DNA of 64,000 nucleotides, from NCBI GenBank assembly GCA_973895155.1, contig OZ316898.1, forward strand, positions 13,295,659-13,359,658, read 5' to 3'. A program made the position numbers and the translations under genes. The notes beneath the pieces are model-generated. The model was given only the letters and a program-made list of their open reading frames with translations, was not told the origin of the DNA and did not search any database. Positions 14,049 to 27,688 of this stretch are shown piece by piece; positions within the stretch are counted from its first letter, which is position 1; each line of letters starts with the position of its first letter. The stretch comes from Marsupella aquatica. Its lineage: Eukaryota > Plantae > Marchantiophyta.

Positions 14049-17000
14049 TGTCGGATGCCAAATTAGGTAGTAGTTTTAACTAAAGTTAAAAATGGACTAA
14101 CTATAGTTAGAAGTAACCCCAGTTAGAAGTAGACATAAGGTTAAAGTAAGTAAACTGATGCACAATGGGTCAAGGAGATTAAGTAGGGATAGTTAGGAAG
14201 GTCTTAGTTAAAGTCTAGTTGAACTAGGATAGGTTAGGAAATCTCAAGAAGTAAAAGTAGAAAGTGACAAATGGTCTACTCTGCAGAATTATAGAAAAGT
14301 CTCCAAATAGAGTTAGACCTGGAAATCCAGTAAGTAAATAGTCTTAGGTTCAAGAGATACACTGGCAAAATTTCAGACAAAATGGAGGGCAGGGCACAAT
14401 GCTGGAGATTTATGAAACTGGAGCTTTGTTATAAATACACTTAAGACGGGATACCATAGAAGTACGGGCGAGTTCTGAGTACAAAGCAAGTAGTGCTACG
14501 GAAGTTTGTCTAGGAGCCAGGTGTCATCATGGGAGTCCTTCTCATAAGGATACAAAATGCAGGGACAATCTACGTAGAAGCCAAGGAAGGAGCAGCGACA
14601 ATCAGGCAGAAATTCAAGGGTGTAATTAAGGGAAACGAACATCCTTCTATAAGGACAATGTGAATTGACTCGGGAGAGGCGGAGGAACCACAAAAATTGC
14701 CTGAAGGTAAGGCATGAATTGAATTGAGCTACCGGGAGAAACTCTGTGGTGTTGGAAGGAACTCTTGGGATAAGAAAATCTCATCCCCCGGGCAATCTAG
14801 TGGTGGCAAAAGATTCAATTTTGTGCCGCTGCAATTGAAGCTTGGTTGCTAATGGGGAAATTTTTGGTAATTGCCTGAAGCTTTGTATTGTTGGAGTCTG
14901 CTGTTGGGGAACTCGCTGCTGAAGAGAGTGCTGTTGTGCTGCCATTGAACTCGTTATGGCTGCTGCACTATTGAGAAGTCCTGGTCCTACTTCACTAAAG
15001 CTTGATGCTGCTAAAGAAAATTTGATCCCGCTACTCGCTGCTACTTGAACTTGAAGCTGTTGTCATGGACTTGCTGCTGTGGACTGGAAGCAACCTTACT
15101 GCTGGCTCGAAGCTATTGGAAGATTGAATGTTGCCCTGATGCTGAGGATAGTTTAGTGCTATGAGAAGCTCGATGCTGGAGCTTCATGCTGCTGATCAGT
15201 CGAAGCTCTGATAGGAGAAGCTCTAATCAAGAAATTACTACTGAGCTCTTTGCTGCTAAGCTATGGAGAGCCGCTGCTGCAGCTAAGATTGGCTAAAAAG
15301 CTACACTGCAGGATAGAGCTGACTCATTGCAGCTCCATGCTGCTGAGTAGCTATGGAGAAGTAGAGCTTGGGAGCTAGGCTGATAGAAGTCAATGTTGCG
15401 GCTCAGGGGGGTCACTTCCATGGAAGTGGCATATCATGTGCGACGAAGTATATGGCCATTTAAATGGTTTTGGCGGAAGACTTATTAAGTCTTCTATGGA
15501 AATATATGGTTGTTTAATTGTAAAATGCATACGTGTCATCACATGATTGGTGCTGTACAACTTTCTAGAAAGTGACTTAGGGGGGTCATAAATGACCCAA
15601 ACCGTCGCACGTGATGTATGACCCTTCATATAGTGACCCCCCCGAGTGTTGCGGAGGTGAGCTTGCTGATTTATGAGCTATGGAGTAGCTGCCAGGGAGA
15701 GCATGAAGCAATAGCACTTCGCCGCTACTCACGACTTGTGAAGGGAGGAGAAAAAAAATTGCATTTCGCGAGTAGTCTTCGCGAAAGGAGGAAAAGGGGG
15801 TGGTCTTTGCCAAAACATACCTGGTAGTTGGCTGTCGGCGGCTGGGCTTGAACTTGCGACCTGCTGTTTGCTAGGGACTTCATTCGGGATACCAAGGGAG
15901 CGTTCTTAGCTCTTCGTTTAAGGAGTTCGTAGCAACTCTACTTAAGCTTGCGGCAACATCGGTTCTGAGCCGTTTGAAGGACTTTGAGGCCGGGTCTAGG
16001 CCAGCAGGGGGACCAGGGAGACCAGGGGAGGGCCCAGCAAGGGTGCCTCAACTTCATGGAGGCCCGGGAAACCATTTTTTATCCCAATAATTTATGCTAA
16101 GGAGTTTTCATGAAGGCTTGAAAACCACTATTTGTAATAAGTTGTCGGGCTATTATGAAGCCCAACACTTGAGGGGTGCTGGTATACGATGAGTTGTTGC
16201 TAGATAGCTCGGCCTTGCACTCGCACAGTAGCCATAGAATAACTGCTAATGCCAACATTCTAGTTGGAACCAACTCAAGCGGTAGTTGTACTATTCGGGT
16301 AAGTTTACAACTGTGTAAAAGCTGACCTGTACTTCTGTGGTAACCCGAGTCTCAGCGGCAAAACCCGAGACTCAGTGGTAACCCAAAACTCAATGACGTA
16401 TTAACCCTCAATTGTAGGCCAAACTTGGGGTTGTTACCGTGAGAAATATTGTGTTCCAGTTAGTTTACAACTCGCACGGTTAGTTGTAAGAGTTACCGAA
16501 GGGGGTACCCTGGTTACTCGTCTCGCCGAGAGGTTGCCGCTGTTCAGGTCTTGTGTGGAAACCTGAGTACTGGTTGTAGTTAAGTTAATCTGCGGTAAAA
16601 TAGAGATTTAACCCGGGTTAAACTTTAGCAAGAAAGTAGTAAGTTTGCCGTAACTACTAACCTGAGTTAGCACCTTAGGCTTGGTTTGGTTTGGCGTGGG
16701 TTTGGTTTGGAGCCCTGAGGTGTGGAAATAAAGAGGAGAAGCAAGGGGCTGTCTCCTCACTTGTTTAGTTGTCCACTTTCTTAGAGGCTGGGAGCTTGGG
16801 GGCTGGGCTCTTCCTTGGAGAGCAGTAGCATGAGCTTGAGGCACTAGGAAGGGGGGAACAGTGAACTAGTCCACTAGGTAGGCAGCAAGGAGAAGGTCAA
16901 GGGAGGTGTTGTGATCTGAACTTGTTTCTATTCTCTCTAGTAAAGACTTGCGTGTAACCCTCAGTCTTGAAGCAGCTATCTAGTGAGATGTCGAACCAGT

Positions 17001-17462
17001 GAGCATGTATGTGGACTCAGGTGTGATTTGATACCGGAGAGATGAAGCTTGAAGCTTGAGATGAGAGCAGGGTCAGCACTTGTCTTGTGGGGATAGCAAG
17101 TGGTAATCCTGCAGTCCTTTGTGAAGGAAACAGGGTACTCTCTTGGGTGACGGTTATGTAAGGAGTCTGCAGGGACAGCTTGTGGGTGTCCACTGCCCGT
17201 GTTGAGATCGGGAGTGGGGTGTTGGGAGTGTTTTCCAGTGGGAGAGCAGGGGAGTGATAACCACCCTTCAAGGTTATCTTTCCAGCGGTGGAAGTAAATT
17301 ACCCAGTTGGGTGTGTGAGTGAAGAAGAAGAGAGAGATTAAGGGAAAGTGACCCACTGTCCTGCTATTCGCCCGTCCTAAGAACCCGGACAACGATAAGA
17401 AGGGGAAATAGTGGTAGATTTAACTCTAGTGAAGAGTTAAGCCCCATTGCAAGGTGTTGACA
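14049..17462 (+). mobile_element. Solo LTR family C (about 3.4 kb)
   Basis: TGTC...GACA termini with TSD GTCCG/ATCCG (1 mismatch). Removal restores the A2 reading frame region. Confidence 0.8.
15402..15646. mobile_element. hAT-like MITE family M2
   Basis: 15-bp TIR CTC(A/G)GGGGGGTCACT and perfect 8-bp TSD TGTTGCGG. Confidence 0.88.
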
Positions 17463-20285
17463 ATCCGATTCTGGCACCTCCTTCTTCAGCCACGATAGTC
17501 TTACAAAGCTCTCCAAGCCTGATCCCAGCCATCAAGCCTTGGTACTTCTTGGTATGCATGGCCGTAAAGCATGCATCCTCCTCTCGTGCAAAATGTAGCT
17601 GTACTGCCAGTGGTATCATTGCCGCCCATCCCTTCCAGATGTCGTCTCGGGTAGGGACGGCATTGATTGGGTCGACTTCTTGTTCCTCGGGTTCCTCCTC
17701 CCTTTGCTTCCCCTTTTTGGCTGGCTTCCTTGATACTGCCGACCTTGTCCTCTTGGCCGGTGTGTTTTCTTCATTGTTGGTCATCTTCCTCTTCATTTCA
17801 ATGGCACTTGAAGATTCTCCCAATACTGTTGCTTTTGTCCATGCCGTTGTGCAACCCTTCAGGTCCCAATGTTCATCGTTGCAGTTGTTGATGGCTTGTC
17901 GGATGCCGACGATTTGGTTGTCTTGAATTAGAAGGTTGTCAAGCTCATCGCCAGTAGTTGTCCACAAGAATTCAGCCTTGATGAGTTCTCCTCCTAAGAA
18001 GGCTGTTTTCTGTAGTTCCCACAATCGAGCAAGTTCTTGTCGCTCGCGGGCTGCTCTTTCTGATTCTTCTTCTTTGTAAGTCCCGACGTACTCACTTGCC
18101 CGTTCGAACAGGCATCCCCAAAAATGTGCTGCTTGATTGATGTTGCTCATTCCCTTCTTTGGCCGTGCTTGGTAGCTGCTTATGTCCTTCCCGTGTTCTC
18201 CTCCGTAGTTGACAATCATTGGCTTCTGCTTGCACTTTGCTTGCTTGAGGTGCGAATGTGAGCCATCCTTCCTGGTTTGGCTTGCCTTACCCCCCTGCTT
18301 GGTCAATCTGCCCGTTGGTTATCCACAGCCGCCGGCACTTAGGTTGCCCTAACCCTAATTGTCTTAGAGGTAGACCAAGAAGACCAGCTGGGTGAGGCCA
18401 TGACGGGCACGGACTCAAGGTTGCCAATCATTGATCGACATCAACCGCAACTTTGGGAGTACGAGAGAACCCGACTCATAGGATGAGCCTATGAGGAGGA
18501 CCACTACGGCAAGATGACCGATGTCGGGACTAACAGTGTTGAAGCCGTTGGGGTGGACCCACCACTATTACAAATCGGGGGAGCAGAAGCCGGAGAAGCA
18601 GATGCCGGAGAAGCAAAAGCCGAGGTAGGAGGTGGGCCCGGTCACGCCAACAATGGGTTGACCCAGTCAGGAGTGGGTAACTTGTCAGAGGACGAGACGC
18701 CTACATTGGCCGCCAAGGAGGGATTGGGGGCGTCCATTGAGGGCCAACCACCCGTGTTATGATCGTGGAGGGGGGCCGTCCCTTTTAGGAAGGGTGGACG
18801 TGGAGGTAGGAGGCATGAGTGGGCAGAGCGAGCGCGGACTTCCAAATTTAGGATTAGGATCAGGACCAATAAGTGGCCCTGACACTTATATTAGTGGGAT
18901 TGCGGATCCATTGGTAAGAGCAACACTTGTGCTCTTGCCCCGCTGTACATAGGTAGATTCCAATTAGGGTAGATTTGGATTACGCAGCAAGAAAATAGGT
19001 AGGTGCGTTGCCAAGATAAATACCTATGTAGCGGGGACTTGAAGGCCTTCTTCTTAAGCAAGTTTTTAGTGCACCAGCAAGGTTGGGATCAATTAGTCAG
19101 AGAAGCTCTCGATTAGTTATGCGATGACTTTTGTGTATATTCATGTTTCCTCATGCCTAAGAGCTGAATAGAGTTGGCCTTTTGGCTTGGTTTGCAGATC
19201 TTGTGTATGAGAAGTACTCTATGTATGACAGTTGCACGATATAACTTAGTCAGTATGAGTCATCTTTCTAGTTGTGTGTCGCATCAACTTGTGCGAAGAT
19301 TGCCCACATCAACTACAGGAGAGAAAAGAAGTAAGTGAAGTCATCAGGAGCAGCCAGAGTTGGATGTGTTGAGCTGAGAGGAATCTTAGCGGGGGAAGCC
19401 AAACATACCTAAAGGGAGACCAAGGGAAGAGAGGAAGGAGAGGCCTAGAGTGAGCCAGTTGTATACTCATGACGCAATGAAGGATCTGTCCAGTATATGT
19501 GGGTAAAAAGTTAGTAAAGAAGTTTTAGCCGCGTCCCATGCCAATAAGCCGCGGAACCGGCCTTGGCAAGAGCAAAACCGATGGAAATCGGCTTGTTTAG
19601 GGCGGGTTCTTGGGTTTAGAGAGCCATGGAACGCACCACAATTTGTTGTCACTCTTTCTTTTCCCTGGTCTTTGTTCTGTTGTTTGAGCTTTTGCTATCC
19701 TTGCTGTTGACAATGTGCCAAACAACAATTTTGACAAGTCTCTCTCCTTTTTAAGGGTGTGGTGGTCTTTGGCGCTTTGGCAACACGCAGTTTTGCATTT
19801 AAGTTGGCAACATCCTACACAATGTATGCTCTACATTTTGTATCACCAATGCAAATTAATCCTCTGCTCAACAATCCCCACTACCTCCAAAAAATTCAAG
19901 CTCAGGTTAGTGACTCCCACATATTCCATTACTCTACTAGATAATTTGTCAATTGTGGCTTGTCAAAACAAGTGTTCTTTTTAGATGCAATTCCATACTC
20001 TGGAGTTGTGTTCAGGGGCAAATGGACCTAAGCGGTCTTTAGCGCCGGAACATTGTTCCGAGGCAAGAGGCTGTCCAAAATCAAATATTGACTTCAGTTT
20101 AAACCCTATTCTAGGGCAAATGAGATTTCCCAAACATTGTTCCGCTAGATGTGATATTTTCTAAATCCTCTCTCCTCCTTGGGGTCCTCACTTATTTCCT
20201 TTCTACTTATCACGCAAAAGTAAATATATATGGTTTGTTTGTTGGGTAGAGAAAAATACTTTTAAATTTCTATAGAAGAACATTA

Positions 20286-20503
20286 GGGTACACAAAATTA
20301 TCAGCTATCAATTGTTAGTTTTGACATAATTTGTTTAAAATCTTAGCTGAGATGGGGATTTTGCACCGCATATCTCAGTTGCCTAGGCAGCTAAGATTGA
20401 CTCAATCTTGGCTGACCTTGCCGAGATAGGTGTACGGACAAAAAATCTGGGCCAAAAAATAAGTAAAAATTTGGAAAGACACCCATAGTGAATTACTTAT
20501 TTT
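20286..20503. mobile_element. MITE family M1, deleted copy
   Basis: Shares CATCTCAG..AGATTGACTCAATCT..CTGACC..CGAGAT with 55440-55510. AGAACATTA lies on both sides, but the right TIR is not recognisable. Confidence 0.55.
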
Positions 20504-21540
20504 AGAACATTAAAGTTTTTGAAATCCGATCGGCTGAGAGAGACTGGCGGAGCTCTGTTTTTGGGGGTTTCTTTCTTCTAGTTTTTAGGGGTTGGTGGCT
20601 TGTCTTGGCCTGTCGTTGTTGCTGTTGAATGCTGATTGGTGTTGCTTCCTCTTGGAAGATGTTTCACTCTGTGCGCTGAGTTGATTAACGCTTTTTTTGG
20701 TTACTTTAATGATGATCATCGCCTCCGCTAAGTGCATTAGGGCTGAAAGTTTGTAACATTCTCGTAAGGGTCTGGGTTTTAGAGTTTTACTATCCGGTTT
20801 ATGATCCTTCTGGATCCCAAGAGTGATTTAAACTTGCTGTTTGGAGGATTGATTGTGACCCAGCAGATTGCTGCCTTCACTCCCCCCGGTGGCTGCAGCT
20901 TGCTGCTTGAATCTTGGGATTTGAGGCTGTGCACTGAGGTTGAATAATGTTTCTACTCCTGATTTGATTTTGCCATTTTGGGAGGAAGACCATCTCTCGC
21001 TGCGTGCTTCTGGGGATTGGTGGAGAATCCCCCTCCCCTTTGTTCCTTATGATTTACTACCTACGGTGAGAAATTCTGGACACTTTTGTGAGTGGTTGAC
21101 TCTAATAGCTACTTACTACTTATCTCCCTTTTGGTTACACTTTGCGCATCTGTTTTTGGACTACTATACTTTCGATCCGGTGTTTATCTGGGATGAATCC
21201 TAGTAGGAGGGGAAGTTTGGGTTTTGGCGCTCACATGATTGGCCATGGAGCACTTGCTTTTGGCCCTGCTTACTTAAGGGATGGGCAAGCTTTGAGAGAC
21301 TTGCGAACTGTGCGGGATGTTGAGGGGGGAGCTGGCCACTGGGCTAACTCACCCTCTTCCCTTCCGCGTGCACCGATGGCGTGTCTACCTTAGGGCGACA
21401 ACTCCGGTAGAACCTTTTCTGATCAGGATGTTCATTCGGGCCCTAGTGGCCCCTCAACTGCCATGCCCTCTATCACTTCTGGTGACAGCACTCCGGTCAA
21501 CAATTTGCGGAGTTGGTATGGACTTTGTTCCTCTGTCTGC

Positions 21541-21750
21541 ATGCTGGTGGAGGACGCTGAGGAGTTTGAGGTGGAGGCAATCCTGGACCACCGTTACAAA
21601 CGCAAGTTGGGAAGGCAAATCTTAGAGTATTTGGTGAAGTGGGTTGGCTATGATCATGCCGAGAGTACTTGGGAACCAGAAGAAAATTTTGGGTAATACC
21701 CGAGAGATCCTGGAAGCTATCGTAAGCAAAGCGGTCTACCGCCAGTGTGA
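21541..21750 (+). pseudogene. Chromodomain fragment
   Basis: EEFEVEAILDHR...EYLVKWVGYDHAESTWEPEENF is a canonical chromodomain (PF00385) signature, followed by a stop. Confidence 0.85.
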
Positions 21751-21934
21751 ACTCGTACAGGCAGCTGTAGCTACCTTTGTGAGTTGTATCCTAGTTTCAC
21801 TCCTCCCGACCTCTTGAGGATAAAGTTGGATTGCATGGGCGCTAGAGGTTGTTGGGTGGCCAATTTGCTTTTCACGAGTGGAAGTTGATGGTGTCCGCCT
21901 CACATCTATGGGCGGGCTGGTTCAAACCAAAGGG

Positions 21935-22409
21935 CCCGGGTATGCAACTCCCCTTTTTATAAGGCAAGTTTTTAATTCCTTATAATGGCCTTATATCCAA
22001 TTGACCATCTTAGATTTCATTTTAGTCTACTAAAGTCTTGTACCTCTGAACTCAAGGAATCCAAAAATGTAACTTAAAAAAAAACCAAACATGTTTTGAT
22101 GTACAAAAAGTTGATCAAAACCAAATTATATGGGTTTTTTTTAATACAGGGGTCTACAACCAAACTAGCCAGCTTTTTAGGATTTTTATTAAAATTTTAA
22201 AAATCTTTTAATAAAAATTACAACATGTATAGGAATATTTTTTAATTTCATATGGAAAATGAAGGAAACCAAACCTTTTATATGACTTGAAAATTTTTAA
22301 AAGTGGGAAACCCAGGTTTTTTCAAATTTTAATTATTTTGTATAGCCAACTTTTTAGTCCATATAAAAATGTAGACCCCTGTCTATTATATAAGAGTTGC
22401 GTACTCGGG
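21935..22409. mobile_element. hAT-like MITE family M3, copy 1
   Basis: 16-bp TIR CCCGGGTA(T/C)GCAACTC with 8-bp TSD CCAAAGGG. Near-identical inverted copy at 45511-45986. Confidence 0.92.
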
Positions 22410-24195
22410 CCAAAGGGGAGTACCCCAAGGGGCAAACAATGGGTCCGACAAGTTTGGAGTTAGCTTACCCACTTGATCTGGCATCCTACTTGGATAAGTG
22501 GGATAGGTTGGAATTTCCTAAATCTGGAATGTGCATACCAACCTGGTTTGCATCAGCCTTATGGGAAAACCATTGGTTATCTCATAATATTTTTAAGACC
22601 TAAAGTGGTCTAGGCGTGCTGGAACGTTTACTTAGGTCACACGGACGTACGTGACCATTTTTAAGGGAGGATGCAAGTCGCGGAACTCGACTACCTTAAC
22701 ACTTCGCTTCGGCATCGCTGACTCCGATGTCGAGCTCCCTTATGGTCCAGGCCCGGATAGGCCATCCGGGGAGGACTTAGCATGGGGAAACTTGTCGGCA
22801 ATGAGACGTGGCACTGTCTAGCGAAGGCAAGGCGCCAAGCTGGTGACACACACTAAGGACTTAGACTAGCTGAGTGATGGTTGGGTCAAGGGGAAAGGGG
22901 CTGGGGTCAAGGTCAACCGTCCAGACCCCTGGACGGACTTTGAGTTCTGAGGGCTTGAGTGAGAGCTCCTCTTGGGCCCAATGCCAATGGAGTTGACACC
23001 ATGGGCAAGGGGCGCTTGGGGCGCAAGTTATGGCCTAATCCGGGTTTGGCCGATCGGGGGCCCCAAGCGGCGATGAGATCTGATGGTCTAGGCATGAGCA
23101 TTGGGTCGCTCCAATCACAACGGGCTAAGGCATTCCGCTTGCGGACGCCTAACTACGAAGTTATGGGTGTTGCTAGTTGGTGGCGCGCCCAGACATGCAG
23201 GATAGGGTTCAGGTTGGGGACCAAAAGTTTGGGGACCAAAGTTGGTCCGGGGGTGGCAGGTCTCCAGAAACATATATGAGGGGAGTGGTGTCTCCCTGGA
23301 GGCTAAGGGCGAGCCAAAGTCGTGAGTCGCGGCGGTTGCGACACTAAGGAAAACACCAAACAAAAACGACGATAACTTCCCAATGAGAAGTCCGTTGAGG
23401 GACTTCTTGGGTGCATTGGAAATTTCTCAACAAGGGCTACATCCTCCTGAGCTCAATTGGGTCTAGGGGCACCATAGGTTATTGAGGTTTGTGGGTGTTA
23501 TCTCGCTCGCTTGCCAAATCTTGTCGAAACAGCAGCCAAACCCCGTTCAGTCTCTCAAGGGAGCTTGCATTGGGAAGGCAAGGCCAAGTAGGCATGGATG
23601 TTGAGTTCCAAGGGCACTTGGCCCCTAGAACATCAATGGGGAAAGAACCGGGAGTTAGTTGCTAAAGTCGGGGCCGTTCTGGTCCCAACGTGTTGAGACA
23701 AGCTTGAGACAAGCTTTAGGACAAGCTATGCTACTTGGGCCATGAGCATGTCCTGGGGGCAGGGTGGTCAGTTGGTGATGGATAGGTATGAGGGAGAACC
23801 CGGGTTGTGCCCAATGAAGGAGGTGTTCTGGATGAACAATGGGCGTCAGTTCTGGTTCCGGCTTATGGCATCGGGAGGACCTATTGCTGACCTACTTACC
23901 AAATGAATGTCTGTTGAGCTTGAGTAGGATGCTAGACTTGGGGAGATCTGGATCCTGAAGTGTTATTTACCGAGACGTTTGGTTGCTTATGCATGCAGTG
24001 AGGACCAAACGTTGAGTAGTGGTCATGTTGGAGAGCAAGTGTGGCTTGGCATGGTATGGGAGGGGCCGCTGGTGGTGCAAGGAGCACTAGGTTGCTTGCT
24101 CGAGGTATTCCGTGGAGGCATTTGGGCACTAGGGGCACTTAGGCGTGAGTGTTGGGATTGGTGAGGCGCTAGGTGGCAAGGTCCACCACTAAGAT

Positions 24196-26653
24196 TGTGA
24201 CGCCAATGACATGGTCCTTATTTTGTAATCTGATTAAGTAGGTTGCTGTATGCAAGGAGTAGCTATTGATATTACATAACAATTAGCAAGATGGCAAGAA
24301 TAAGGGCAATCATGGCGTTAAGAGTAGGGAAATAAAAACTATGTCGCGGGTGGTCGACGACCATATCTCTTTCAATATGTCACCAAATCCGGATCTGTAA
24401 AGAGCATTGGAAAGATCTGGTCAAGGTGAGTAAAATCGATATAAAACACTCGGGAAACGGAGGTGTATTAAGAGAGATACGGCCTGATTAGTGTGACGGG
24501 TTAACTTATGGCCGGAATTAGCGGATTCGGCTTCAGTTTCGGGTTAACCCAAGCTCGACCACGGCTTAGCTTATGTGAGCACGGCTTCAGCTTAGCTCAG
24601 GTAAGCACGGCTTCAGCTTAGCTCAAGTGAGCACGGCTTCAGCTTAGCTCAGGTAAGCACGGCTTCAGCTTAGCTTAGGTCAGCACAGCTTCAGCTTAGG
24701 CTTAACCTAGGTTCGGATTAGATTGAACTCGGGTTAGCCTAAACTCGGGCTCAGGTTAGCATAGGTAAGCTCGGGTTCGGGCTCAGCTTAGGCTAGGTTA
24801 GCGGATAGCGGGTAGCGGCCTAACCCGAGACCACGGGTTAGCTCTACTCGGGTTAGATAGGATAGCTAGGTTAGCCGAACTCGGGTTAGCTATGTAACTC
24901 GGGTTAGCGCAGTAGTGAGTACCCCCTCTCGGTTGCGGGGGCATAACTCTCTGTGTATTTGACCAAATCGGCTATAATTGACCTCGTTGGAAAGAGGAGC
25001 TCAAGCCGCTTCCAACGCTGCTATCCACGCAGCAAATGGTTGAATACAGAAATCGGGAGAGGAGGCGTAAGCTCGCAAAAACCATGAAGGAGGGCCAAAT
25101 CCGAAGTACATAGCCAATTCGAGATAGAAATAAAGTTGCGAGTTAGGGTTCAGTAGTTAGAGATAGTGGCGGCTCTGTTAGGGCTGGGATGGGGCTCCAG
25201 TAGCGTAGTACCCAGCCATTTGGGCTCAGTATGAGAGTATATAGAGCAGCCCCCCGGTAGAGATGGGGGGGGGGGACTTCAGTTGTGTGATCTCACTTAG
25301 ACTGAGCAGCAGGGAGGAGCTCTGTGCAAGCAAGGCTGGACTTGGACGCTGCGTGTTGGGGAGAGCTTGGTTGTGCTATTACTCAGGGAGTAATCAGCCA
25401 AGCTTCACAGCAACGGGTTGCTAGGTTTGCGAGCTGGATTGTGGCTCTTTCTAGTGAGTAGCACAACTGGGTTCTTTTCCCCCGATACAGAGCCTTGGTG
25501 ATAGGTGATGTATTGGTGATTGTAAACTGTGGGGAGGATGTCAATTTGATTTGTGGTGAGCACATTAGGGACGTTGAGACACTGATTGAGGGACAGCAGG
25601 AGGAGCATTTACAGTTCAGTCTGGCAAGGCTATGTGATCCATGGGGAGTCCCGGCCTTTGTCTGGTGGAGAGCACTAAGGGATCTATGGCCAGAGCGGAG
25701 CTTGCAGGGCAAGCGTGAGGCCGGGCCTCATTGCAGTCTGGGGTAGATCGCCGTTAGGCCTGGTACCAGCTTTGAAGTCGAGTCAACTATGTATGCATAA
25801 CTTGACATTCTGAATTGGAGGTGTGAGATCTGTATGTGCCCCCAAGAATGAAGTGCAGTGAAGGAGGTTGAGTTCAGGATTGAGTTTGCAAGGCAAGTAC
25901 GGGATTGGTTTGAGTCCAATATGCCGTCGCAATCTGGAGTGAGCCGAGCTCAGGTTCAGGATTGAGCTTGCATGGCAAGCATGGGGCTTGCGGGGCAAGC
26001 ACGCTGCAATCTGGAGTAGACAGCCTTCGGGCCTATTGTTCGGATCAAGTGTTCTCAGTGAACTATTGTGCACATCGTTGAATCTAATTGAGTTTTCCTC
26101 TCAGGCCTCATTTCTCTCATGGATGTGTGTGTGTGTGAGGCAATCTAAGTGTATGATGGGACTAGCAGCGCCACTGAGAGGTGTACAGGGTGCATTGAAG
26201 CGGGCTGGGTGAGGACTGTCATAGCTCTGATTGCTGAGAGTGGAATGGCAGAGTGGTGGGGCAATGGCTTAGAAGTCCCTAAGCCGGGAATCAGTCAAGA
26301 GTCACTGGTTTATGGGTACATTCCGGCGGCGGAATAGAAACATACCTATGACAGTAAGCATACGTATAGACCTATGCGCACCGTAGCGCTAGGCCCTGTG
26401 TGTACGGGCCCGATATGAAGACTCCTTCTCACCAGAACTATCATGAGCGCGGATCTGATTCCCAACCTTGGTTCTTAGGGATTGAGCTTGGGTGATGTGT
26501 GACGAAGTCTTGTTATGATAGTCTGGTGTTAAGGGCATAAATTGGTGTTTACCGGCCTTCACAGCATCCCTTCGTGATCCTCAGGTACAAGGAGATGGTT
26601 TTGGCACCCATAGTGACGTCTTTGGTGTTAAGACCCATGTCAATCGCGTGACA
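24196..26653 (+). mobile_element. Solo LTR family B, copy 2
   Basis: TGTGACGC...GCGTGACA termini with 5-bp TSD AAGAT. Confidence 0.92.
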
Positions 26654-26829
26654 AAGATGAAAGTAAATTCACTATAACCTCACATTTTTGTCTTGGATGG
26701 TGATAATTTAAATAGAAACAATAATGAAAAGACAATTTATAGATTATGCATGATTGTATTATAATTGAAGGAAAGTATATCAATGCTCTTATGGAGCATC
26801 AAAGAGTAAATCACTCAAGAGGATGAAGT

Positions 26830-27440
26830 TGGCAAAGCATCGTAAGAAATGCTATGATGAACCTAGTAATGAACCCAACAAGTATTGGGTATTTGTATTG
26901 ATGGTATAGATCAAAAGAAAACTGAAGTACCACATTATTTTTATTTGCTATCCAAAGAACATGTATGAGAAAAACTTCATCCTAGCCTATACATGTTGTG
27001 GGTTGTCTTATCTTAAATAGAAAGCTTGTGGCAAAAGTTTTTCTCACCTACCCCAACATCCACAATGATGCAAATCTCACCATTCATGTTATTCAAAAAA
27101 ATTTGAATACACAGGATGGGATGCTACCATGGTTATTATATCTTCAATTGGATAATACTATTAGGGAGAACAAGAATAAATTATTGATGACATATCTACA
27201 CTTGTTGGTAGATTTAAAGGTTTTTGACAAGATAAAAATTGGTTTTTTATTGGTTGGTCATACGCATGACCAAATAGATCACATATTTAGCAAGTTCTCA
27301 TCTAGGTTAAACAAGCATAGAGCATTTTGCTTAGATACTCTTGCTGATATCATACAACAGGTATATTCTCCTCAAACAAATGTAACTTTTGTGGCTGAAG
27401 TTGCTGACTTTCAAAATTTTGTGGATGAGACCAACAACAT
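26830..27440 (+). pseudogene. Degraded DUF7869/Sola-like DDE transposase (second lineage)
   Basis: IDGIDQKKTEVP upstream (frameshifted), then LYLQLDNTIRENKN and FLLVGHTHDQID motifs. Confidence 0.8.
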
Positions 27441-27688
27441 CTTTAGGGTTGGGAACCCCTCAAATGTAAGACAAACAATTTATTTTTCAACCCCTATGAA
27501 GTTGGAGTATTCCAAAAATTTGGTTAGAAAGACCCTCATCTTCAAATTATATGTCTCCAAAAATTGGATTCAGAAAAGACCCTATTATGCTTTTGATAAA
27601 ATTCTTAAGTCTTCCCTTCGAACCAAGAAAATGACCATATCCTTTGTCGCACGTGATGTACCATTTTTGTTCAAGTGAAACCCTCAAG
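27441..27688. mobile_element. Partial copy of hAT-like MITE family M2
   Basis: Aligns with 32785-33032 and ends AGTGAAACCCTCAAG; left TIR missing. Confidence 0.75.

Larger units (their letters stand above)
6198..18360 (-). mobile_element. Family A copy A2, inverted inside A1. Own segments 6198-6272, 8703-11014, 12742-14043 and 17468-18360; 5' end deleted
   Basis: Begins TGTGGTGCG, the reverse complement of the A end. Minus-strand ORFs 17437-18306, 13534-13806, 12730-13458, 10407-11051 and 9588-10202 are colinear pieces of the family A protein. Confidence 0.85.
2886..19640 (+). mobile_element. Family A coding solo-LTR-like element, copy A1 (own sequence 2886-6197 and about 18366-19640; interrupted by nested copy A2)
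   Basis: Starts TGTGATGCC and ends GCACCACA. 5-bp TSD ATTTG at 2881-2885 and 19641-19645. Colinear with copy A3 at 41279-46427. Confidence 0.85.

Noticed and set aside
6193-18372. AGGTA on both sides as the TSD of A2
   Set aside because: About 180 bp of A1 and the 5' end of A2 are missing at the right junction, so the match is probably coincidental.
6273-26653. B1 and B2 as the paired LTRs of one 20-kb retrotransposon
   Set aside because: Each has its own distinct TSD (GCTTA versus AAGAT) and no gag-pol lies between them.
27441-27678. C-terminal part of ORF 26998-27678 as transposase sequence
   Set aside because: It is read-through into a MITE M2 fragment.
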